NCBI GenBank assembly: GCA_038858525.1
Contig: JAWCFL010000025.1
Location: 13,927-26,773, forward strand
Source of the DNA: Candidatus Jordarchaeales archaeon
Lineage (GTDB): Archaea; Asgardarchaeota; Jordiarchaeia; Jordiarchaeales; Freyrarchaeaceae
DNA: 12,847 nucleotides
Direction: 5' to 3'
Shown: positions 1 through 6,476 of the stretch, piece by piece
Position numbering within the stretch: the first letter of the stretch is position 1
How the letters are laid out: each line of letters opens with the position of its first letter
Made by a program: the position numbers and the translations under genes
Notes under the pieces: model-generated
The model's database searches: none
The model's input: only the letters and a program-made list of their open reading frames with translations
Told to the model about the DNA's origin: nothing

Positions 1-3
1 TTA

Positions 4-18
4 CGACAAATTATATAT
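4..18 (+). promoter_or_regulatory. Putative BRE + TATA box for the mtd-fusion gene
   Basis: CGACAAA (4-10) directly followed by TTATATAT (11-18). SD-like GGGGTGA at 43-49 precedes ATG 56. Confidence 0.6.
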
Positions 19-55
19 TAGGCTTCGTTCTCCCATTATGTCGGGGTGATTGAAA

Positions 56-1714
56 ATGGAAGTGTTGGAGTTAAAGAAACCCGGCAGGAAACTTACAGTG
101 ATGGTGATTGAAAAGGAGTATGATGAAGTCATCAGGGAGCTCGAGGTTGCCGGGGACGGAGAGCTAGAAGTAAGAGTTCCAACACCAGCTTTCAAGGAAT
201 TTCTGAAGAAACTTGTTTCAAGTGCGAGGCCTGATTTTGCAACGGAGGAGCTGGGTGACCGTGACTCGAAAGGCAAAACAGAGCTTGCAGCAGTTTTCGA
301 GTCCCTAAAGGTTCCATTCTTCACTGTTGATATTGACGAGAACGCGAAGAACTATTTGCTCCACGAACTAGACACATTGAAAGATAAGCTAAAGGAGACG
401 CTGAAGACATTAAACGTGCTAAGAGAGAAAGGTGGGCACGAAGCAGACATAGACTACTTGACGGTTTACGCGGGCTATCTAAAGGACGAGTTGAAGGAGA
501 GTGCTGACCGCATCAAGCGAGAGGTTAGGCCAGCTTGGATAGTCAAAGGCATATTAGACGCCGCCGAGAAAGTCGCAGCCGGTAAGAAAGAGCTTATTGG
601 GATTCACGTATGCTCCCCCGTGCACCTCGACGAAGTTGTAAAGCTTTTAGAGTCACTCGGTGTTAGAGTGGAGGTAGCGTCCATGAAGAAGGAATATGTT
701 ATTGAGGAGGCTGCGGGCAGCAGCCCCGCCTCCATAAAAGTAAAGGTTAAACCTGTCGTAAAGGGAGCTGTAGGAAAATTCCCATACATACTTTTCTTCC
801 TGACAACAGACGATATCGCGAGCCCGTTCGACATATGCATGGCTTACGATGCCGGCTTCGACACGGTTAAGCCCTACGAATCCGTAACTCCCGAGAAAGC
901 GAAGGTCATAGTTCAGGACGCAATATTCTCACGCGGGACTAAAGGGGTCAAGTACACGTGCTTCTTCGTGAGTGGGAAAGACATCGACAAGGTTGAAGAT
1001 GCGGCTGAAGTCGTCAGGAAAACAATGTTCAAGCCCTTCAAGACGTCTGTTGTAGTGGATCCAAGGGGCGCCTATACTACTGCTGCAGCCATGATAGCCA
1101 AGGCGGAGGAAGGCCTTCAGAAAGCAAATCTCGGAGAGCTTACAGGGAAATCATGTGCAGTGTTCGGAACGGGTCCCGTGGGAATGATAGCTGCAGTCCT
1201 GCTGTCCAAGCTCGGCTGCGACACTGTGATAGCTGAACCATACGAGAAGCTGAGCCAAGCATACGTTGACTCTGTCGTAAACCGGCTCAAGGAGAGATAC
1301 GGAGTTAACGTCAAGGGTATTTTCGCCCCAACTAAGATCGAAAGAGCAAACATCGTGCAGAATGCCGATGTGGTCTTCACTGCTGCGGCGGCCGGCGTCA
1401 GAGTTATCGATGCGTCAATAATGGAAAAGATAAGGAAAGCCACTTTGTTCGTGGACATAAATGCTGTTCCACCGTCCGGAGTTGAGGGCGTAGAACCCAA
1501 AGACGACATGAAAGAAATAAGGCAGGGCGTTTATGGCATTGGCTCGCTGGCTGTAGGAGACCTAAAGTACAAGGTTGAAATGGAAATGTTACAGGACGCT
1601 AGGATAAGTGGCGACGGCTTCTTCGATTACAGTTACGCACTTGAAAAGGCAAGGGAGATCCTTAAAAGGAAAGTAGAGCTCGTGCCAGCGTTCACCGTGA
1701 CTGTTTCACGCTAA
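56..1714 (+). CDS. mtdB: NAD(P)-dependent methylene-tetrahydromethanopterin dehydrogenase (MtdB-like) fused to an uncharacterised ~210-aa N-terminal domain
   Basis: From nt 779 the protein has MtdB-type motifs SPFDxxMAYDAGF, QDAIFSR, DPRGAYTTAAAM, the Rossmann GTGPVG and DINAVPPSGVEG. ATG 56 is preferred over TTG 50 because of SD spacing (552 aa). Confidence 0.85.
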   Translation: MEVLELKKPGRKLTVMVIEKEYDEVIRELEVAGDGELEVRVPTPAFKEFLKKLVSSARPDFATEELGDRDSKGKTELAAVFESLKVPFFTVDIDENAKNYLLHELDTLKDKLKETLKTLNVLREKGGHEADIDYLTVYAGYLKDELKESADRIKREVRPAWIVKGILDAAEKVAAGKKELIGIHVCSPVHLDEVVKLLESLGVRVEVASMKKEYVIEEAAGSSPASIKVKVKPVVKGAVGKFPYILFFLTTDDIASPFDICMAYDAGFDTVKPYESVTPEKAKVIVQDAIFSRGTKGVKYTCFFVSGKDIDKVEDAAEVVRKTMFKPFKTSVVVDPRGAYTTAAAMIAKAEEGLQKANLGELTGKSCAVFGTGPVGMIAAVLLSKLGCDTVIAEPYEKLSQAYVDSVVNRLKERYGVNVKGIFAPTKIERANIVQNADVVFTAAAAGVRVIDASIMEKIRKATLFVDINAVPPSGVEGVEPKDDMKEIRQGVYGIGSLAVGDLKYKVEMEMLQDARISGDGFFDYSYALEKAREILKRKVELVPAFTVTVSR

Positions 1715-2718
1715 CAAAACCCTCTATCTATTACTATTTCTGCTATGTCCACAGCGTATTCTCCTATTTTTTCCATTGCTTTTTGTATAGAGCATATGGC
1801 ACATCCAACGTAAGGATCCGTTTCGTTTATAAGCCCCTCAGAAACCTTAAGCGACTTTTCCCGTATTCTGGGCCATCTCTCATCTATGATCAAGTTTGCC
1901 GTGTTTAAATCCTCTGAGAAAAACGCTTTGACGGCGTCGTCGTATATCTCCAACGATTGCCTTCCAAGGTCTACGAGCAAATTTAACACGTCGACAGCGA
2001 TCTTTTTTCCACGTCCACGTAGAAGTATGTATGTCCTAGCCACTTCCGAGGCACAGTCGGCAGTATGCTCTATCTTGTTAATCAGCGTTTGGTACTCTAG
2101 GCAATCCGCGGCGTCGACGTTCAGCTTCTCCGCAAGCAACGGGTCCTGTATTGCCTTCTTCAACACTCTCAGAAGGAAGAACGAAAAGTGATCCACGTCG
2201 TCATCAAGCGTATAAACCGCTCTAGCGGCGTCTAGAGCGTCCTCCTCCAGTGCCTTAACAGCGCTTTCACACATAGAGTATGCTACGGAATGCATGCGCC
2301 TAACGCTCATGTTTAGCGAAACCTTAGCTTCATCTAGGGCTGCCTCAAGGTACATGTGCTTAGAAGTCGACTCCATAATCCTAAGATAAAGCATTCTCGC
2401 CACTTTTCGTATACCCTTCTGCTGAGATGGAGACAAGATCCCATCGGACTTGATCACGATGCTTTTGTAACCGTTTAAGTAACAAGCTATTATTTTTCTG
2501 GAGAGCGATGCAAATTGTTCATCCTTACCAACAGTTATCTCCACATGTTTGTCCTCTTTTTCCGAGAGAGAGACAGGAGACAAAACCAATGCTCCGTCCC
2601 GCCTCACAGAAAGCGAAACAGCATCCCCCTTCTTCAACCTATGAAATTCAAGCCACTCTTTCGGCAGCGAAACAACCAATGAAGACCTGCCGAGCGAAAT
2701 TATTCTTCGAACGTCCAT
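1711..2718 (-). CDS. AbrB-domain / PhoU-domain transcriptional regulator (archaeal phosphate-uptake-regulator family)
   Basis: The N-terminus VRRIISLGRSSLVVSLPKEW...LKKGD is an AbrB fold. PhoU-like helical repeats follow (DDDVDHF...INKIEHTADCA; MEKIGEYAVDIAE). Start reassigned to ATG 2718, which has GGTGG upstream (335 aa). Confidence 0.88.
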   Translation of the reverse strand: MDVRRIISLGRSSLVVSLPKEWLEFHRLKKGDAVSLSVRRDGALVLSPVSLSEKEDKHVEITVGKDEQFASLSRKIIACYLNGYKSIVIKSDGILSPSQQKGIRKVARMLYLRIMESTSKHMYLEAALDEAKVSLNMSVRRMHSVAYSMCESAVKALEEDALDAARAVYTLDDDVDHFSFFLLRVLKKAIQDPLLAEKLNVDAADCLEYQTLINKIEHTADCASEVARTYILLRGRGKKIAVDVLNLLVDLGRQSLEIYDDAVKAFFSEDLNTANLIIDERWPRIREKSLKVSEGLINETDPYVGCAICSIQKAMEKIGEYAVDIAEIVIDRGFC

Positions 2719-2846
2719 CCAATTCCACCATGAATAATGTTGAAAAAGTATTCCTGAATATATTTTTAAAATTAAGGATATATACTTGTTTTTCATGGAG
2801 CCATTTACTTGAAGCATTAAGAAATTCAAGGTTAAGGTGTTTGGTC

Positions 2847-3278
2847 ATGCGCATCTATTTCTCCGCACCTTTATTCTGTGAGGCTGAACGTGCCTTCAAC
2901 GAAAAAGTAGCCACAAGGCTTCGTGAAGCAGGGTTCGAAGTCTGGCTTCCTCAGGAAATATCAATAGTGAAAAGTGAGTCTGAGGGAGAGAAGAAATTCA
3001 TTTACGAGTTAAACGTTTCAGCGCTTAAGAATAGCGACGTAGTTGTTGCGGTTTTGGACGGAGCTAACGTGGATAGCGGTGTCGCCTTTGAGGTCGGATA
3101 CGCTACCGCGCTGGGAAAACAAGTAATAGGCTTAAAAACTGATCATCGTGTTTTTTCTAAATTCGAGGAAGTCAACTTGATGCTTGAATTTTCTATGAAA
3201 TCTATTTGTAAGACTGTCGAAGAGCTCATTGACTTTTTAAAGGTCATTAGTAGCTCCCGCACTCAGCTTACCCATTAA
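2847..3278 (+). CDS. Nucleoside 2-deoxyribosyltransferase / nucleotide N-hydrolase family protein
   Basis: Motifs IYFSAPLF, WLPQE and DVVVAVLDG..VDSGVAFEVGYATALGK, with the catalytic Glu in FEVGY. Real start is ATG 2847 (143 aa). The upstream in-frame extension overlaps the PhoU-family gene antisense. Confidence 0.85.
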   Translation: MRIYFSAPLFCEAERAFNEKVATRLREAGFEVWLPQEISIVKSESEGEKKFIYELNVSALKNSDVVVAVLDGANVDSGVAFEVGYATALGKQVIGLKTDHRVFSKFEEVNLMLEFSMKSICKTVEELIDFLKVISSSRTQLTH

Positions 3279-3444
3279 TCAGACATTTTAACGCTTGACT
3301 AAATCTGTTATGTTCCTGCTGCTGTGGCCTCTTTAACGGCTTTCGTTTTTCAACGGAAAATCATGGCATTGGAAGTTGCATGGTAACATTGTGAGTGGTA
3401 AAAATGCTGAAAAAGGTCGGTTAAATCAGAAATCTCCTGTAAAC

Positions 3445-3458
3445 CGAAAACTTATATT
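3445..3458 (+). promoter_or_regulatory. BRE + TATA box of the acyl-CoA dehydrogenase gene
   Basis: CGAAAA-CTTATATT. SD GGAGG at 3497-3501 precedes ATG 3508. Confidence 0.65.
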
Positions 3459-3507
3459 GCTTGAAGTTTAGTATTTAAACTACAAAGAATGTGGCAGGAG
3501 GAAATAA

Positions 3508-4674
3508 ATGGTTGATTTTCGTCTTTCCGAGGAGCAGATTGCCCTTCGTGAGAAAGCCCGAAAATTCGCACTTGAAGAAGTCTATCCCGTAGCTCCATAT
3601 TACGACAAGACTGGAGAGTTTCCGATGGACGTCATAAAAAAGGCACACAAAGAGGGGCTCATGAACCTTGGTATACCGAAGGAGTATGGTGGTCCCGGAT
3701 ACGGCGCCCTTGAATCAGTCTTGGTTGTTGAGGAAATGGCTGCTGCTTGCGCCGGGATGGCCACCACCATCTACGCTAATGACCTCGGTGCAGAACCAAT
3801 CATCCTCATGGGGACAGATGAGCAGAAACGCAGATTCCTAACTCCACTAACAAGGGAGCCTCTCCTAATCTCGTTTGCCACTACCGAGCCTGGAATGGGG
3901 TCCGACGTTGCAGGCATCAGGACGACATGTGAACGCGACGGGGACGAATATGTACTTAACGGCAGCAAGATGTTTATAACAAACGGCAACCACGCCGAAT
4001 TTATAGTTATATTCGCTCGGCTTAAAGGCACAAGGCGACATGAAGGGTTATGCGCCTTCGTCGTTCCACGTGAAACGGAAGGAATGAAAACATACGGCCC
4101 CCTCAAAAAGCTTGGACACAGGGCGTCCGACACGGCAACCATCGTCCTTAAAGATGCACGGGTACCAGCTGAGAACAGGATAGGCCCGGAAGGAAGCGGC
4201 TTCATGCTAGCCATGATGACCTTCATGCATACACGGCCAGCTATAGGAGCCATGGCAACGGGATTAGCCCGCTCAGCAATGGAGTACGCCATAAATTACG
4301 CCAAACAACGGGAAGCCTTCGAAAAGAAGCTCTACGAGTTTCAAGCAATTCAACACATGATCGCAGACATGTATGCTCGCATTGAAGCAATGAGGCTTCT
4401 AACGTGGAAAGCAGCATGGCTCCTTGATCAAGGGGAGAACGCTTGGATAGCGGCCAGCGTAGCAAAGCTCGTCGGCTCAGAGGACGCGATGAAAATAGCT
4501 ACAGACGCCCTCCAAATATACGGAGGAAGAGGATACCTTGAAAGCTACAAAATAGCAAAAATTTTCCGCGACGCAAAACTCTATCAGATCTATGAAGGAA
4601 CTTCCCAAATACAGCGACACATCATTTCACGATACCTATTCAAAGAGTACCAAACACTCATAAAGGACTTTTAA
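3508..4674 (+). CDS. acd: Acyl-CoA dehydrogenase (short/medium-chain type)
   Basis: FAD-binding FATTEPGMGSD, GSKMFITN, KLGHRASDT, QFQ-like EFQAIQHMIADM, GGRGY, and catalytic Glu in QIYEGTSQIQR. 388 aa. Confidence 0.95.
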   Translation: MVDFRLSEEQIALREKARKFALEEVYPVAPYYDKTGEFPMDVIKKAHKEGLMNLGIPKEYGGPGYGALESVLVVEEMAAACAGMATTIYANDLGAEPIILMGTDEQKRRFLTPLTREPLLISFATTEPGMGSDVAGIRTTCERDGDEYVLNGSKMFITNGNHAEFIVIFARLKGTRRHEGLCAFVVPRETEGMKTYGPLKKLGHRASDTATIVLKDARVPAENRIGPEGSGFMLAMMTFMHTRPAIGAMATGLARSAMEYAINYAKQREAFEKKLYEFQAIQHMIADMYARIEAMRLLTWKAAWLLDQGENAWIAASVAKLVGSEDAMKIATDALQIYGGRGYLESYKIAKIFRDAKLYQIYEGTSQIQRHIISRYLFKEYQTLIKDF

Positions 4675-4722
4675 TTTTCTTTTCTTCCAATTTAGTTTTC
4701 GTCATCTTAAAAAAAGAGTTTT
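4675..4722. terminator. Bidirectional U-rich terminator region between convergent acd and rubredoxin
   Basis: TTTTCTTTTCTT follows the acd stop on +. The A7 run at 4709-4715 gives a U7 tract on - after the rubredoxin stop. Confidence 0.5.
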
Positions 4723-4734
4723 AAATTATACGTT

Positions 4735-4896
4735 TTACTCTAGCTTTTCGAACATGTCCTTGCTTGCACCGCAAACTGGGCAAACCCAATCTTCAGGCAA
4801 TTTTTCAAAGGGAGTTCCCGGCTTTACACCCGAGTCAGGGTCCCCCTTCTTCGGGTCATATACATAGCCGCAAACGGTACAACGCCACTTTTCCAT
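4735..4896 (-). CDS. rub: Rubredoxin (53 aa; absent from the ORF track)
   Basis: Manual translation gives [53 protein letters not shown]. It has two CxxCG knuckles and an SD GGAGG upstream. Confidence 0.97.
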   Translation of the reverse strand: MEKWRCTVCGYVYDPKKGDPDSGVKPGTPFEKLPEDWVCPVCGASKDMFEKLE

Positions 4897-4942
4897 GGTT
4901 AACCCTCCACAGCGCTATACTCGCCTCCTACTTGTAGTTTAT

Positions 4943-4958
4943 CTTTTATACTTTTAAC
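4943..4958 (-). promoter_or_regulatory. Putative BRE + TATA box of rubredoxin
   Basis: The minus strand reads GTTAAAAG-TATAAAAG, about 47 nt upstream of the ATG. Confidence 0.55.
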
Positions 4959-5375
4959 TCTTTTGTCGCAACAGAGAAACCGCCACTCGCACTCTCAGCA
5001 TATTTGAAACGTTAAGGTAACTTAACCTCGATTTTTAAAAGATCTGTTCGAGTACCTCTAGAAAAAGCTCATCAGTAGTTGAATAATTCAAACTCCACAT
5101 AGCTTTCTGGTTGATGCGAATAGCTAAAACGGGCAATTGGAGAGAATGGTTGCTTAAATGTCCAGGACATTGTCCCCACTGCTGATGCGAAAATTATTGT
5201 ATTACGAGCATGGAGAAAAAGGAAAAACATGACTAAAAAGAAAGGTTAAGCAACACCCGAATTTAATCATGTAACAGCCTTCGGTTGATGCCTAACTATG
5301 GAGGTAACGAACACGCTATTAATGGAAGACAAAATGAATGCTAAAAATTACTAAGAAAGCTGCAGGTTTTTTGCG

Positions 5376-5798
5376 TCACTTTACTTTTTCGAGTATTATC
5401 GCTGGGCAGACTCTAGTGACGCCTTGTATAGCCTCAAGCTTCCTGCAGAAGTCGATTAACTCGTTAGAGTTTCTGAACCAACACTCTAGTAGAATCATAT
5501 GATCTCCGCTTGTAGCGTAAACACTAACTGCTTCCCTCATGCTCTTTACTTTTTCTATTACTAGTAGGTAGCTTTCAGGCTTAGTATCTAACCCTATTAG
5601 TGCGTTCGCCTCGAACCCCATTTTTCGGAGGTCTACATCAATAGTGTACTTTTTTATCACTCCGCTTTTTTCAAGTCTTTTCACTCTTTTTCTAATGGTC
5701 GCTTCACTTACGCCCAATTCATTCGCTATTCTGAGAAACGGTGTCCTCGCGTTTTCTCTAAGAATTTCTATAATTTTTAAGTCCGAAATTCGAACCAT
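5376..5798 (-). CDS. lrpA: Lrp/AsnC family regulator, LrpA-like
   Basis: N-terminal HTH (ENARTPFLRIANELGVSEATIRKRVKRLE) and a RAM domain with SGDHM and VCPAIILEK, as in Pyrococcus LrpA. 140 aa. Confidence 0.88.
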   Translation of the reverse strand: MVRISDLKIIEILRENARTPFLRIANELGVSEATIRKRVKRLEKSGVIKKYTIDVDLRKMGFEANALIGLDTKPESYLLVIEKVKSMREAVSVYATSGDHMILLECWFRNSNELIDFCRKLEAIQGVTRVCPAIILEKVK

Positions 5799-5802
5799 AA
5801 AG

Positions 5803-5836
5803 TATATTAATTAGAATAAAAATATAAACTTGTCGT
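5803..5836. promoter_or_regulatory. Overlapping divergent promoters of lrpA and rubrerythrin
   Basis: On -, CGACAAG-TTTATATT lies 22 nt before the lrpA ATG, suggesting a leaderless transcript. On +, TATATTAA (5803-5810) and AATATAAA (5821-5828) lie upstream of SD GGAGG and ATG 5860. Confidence 0.55.
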
Positions 5837-5859
5837 ATCATAATGGGAGGATTTTTGTC

Positions 5860-6444
5860 ATGAAGGCAACACTTGAAGCGCTGGTCAAGGCGTTCATAGG
5901 TGAAAGCCAGGCGAGAAACCGCTACAGTTTCTATGCGAAGAAGGCTAAGGAGGAAGGATATGAGCAGATAGCAGAAGTTTTCCTAATTACGGCTGAGAAT
6001 GAGAGGGAGCACGCAAGCAACCTCTTCAAGCTCATTAATGAACTGAGGAGGAAGAGCGGCGGGAAACCAGAGGAAATTGTTGTGGAAGCGTCGGCTCCGC
6101 TAATTCTTGGTAGCACAGCCGAGAACTTGAAAGCGGCTATTGCGGGGGAAAACTACGAGTACACGAAAATGTATCCTGAATTCGCAAACATAGCGGAGAA
6201 AGAGGGATTTGCCGAGATCGCAAAGAAGCTGAGGGCGATAGCTAAAGCAGAACAGCATCACGAGGAAAGGTACCGGAAGATACTTGCGCAGGTGGAAGCA
6301 GGAACAGTCTTCAAAAAGGACAAAGAGGTCTGGTGGGTTTGCAGGGAATGCGGTTACGTTCATTATGGCAAAGAACCGCCTGAAGAGTGCCCGTCATGTG
6401 GCCACAAGAGGAGCTACTTCCAGCTTAAATGCGAAGAGTACTAA
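5860..6444 (+). CDS. rbr: Rubrerythrin
   Basis: Di-iron ligands [21 protein letters not shown] and EQHHEERY, plus a C-terminal rubredoxin-like CRECG...CPSCG. Start is ATG 5860 after GGAGG (194 aa). Confidence 0.95.
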   Translation: MKATLEALVKAFIGESQARNRYSFYAKKAKEEGYEQIAEVFLITAENEREHASNLFKLINELRRKSGGKPEEIVVEASAPLILGSTAENLKAAIAGENYEYTKMYPEFANIAEKEGFAEIAKKLRAIAKAEQHHEERYRKILAQVEAGTVFKKDKEVWWVCRECGYVHYGKEPPEECPSCGHKRSYFQLKCEEY

Positions 6445-6460
6445 AATAGACCCGCACTTG

Positions 6461-6476
6461 CTTCCTCCCCCTTTTT
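6461..6476 (+). terminator. Pyrimidine/U tract after rbr
   Basis: CTTCCTCCCCCTTTTT begins 17 nt after the rbr stop. Confidence 0.35.

Noticed and set aside
1-1509. Minus-strand ORFs 1-324, 604-840 and 1117-1509
   Set aside because: Antisense shadows of the mtd gene, Ser/Thr-rich with no motifs.
2719-2829. 37-aa N-terminal extension of the PhoU-family ORF
   Set aside because: AT-rich promoter sequence. The AbrB domain and SD point to ATG 2718.
2508-2846. 113-aa N-terminal extension of the NDT-family ORF
   Set aside because: It overlaps the AbrB-PhoU gene antisense and the promoter region. Family homology begins at ATG 2847.
1886-2854. ORFs 1886-2191 (+) and 2648-2854 (-)
   Set aside because: Shadow or alternative-frame ORFs over real genes and promoter DNA.
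3279-3440. Spacer upstream of acd as a hidden gene or riboswitch
   Set aside because: Only very short ORFs on both strands and no convincing stem-loops.
5109-5300. Possible C/D-box sRNA or SECIS hairpin (TGATGC repeats; CAGCC-TTC-GGTTG at 5275-5287)
   Set aside because: TGATGC does not match box C (RTGATGA), there is no properly paired box D arrangement, and the hairpin is short with no clear SECIS core.
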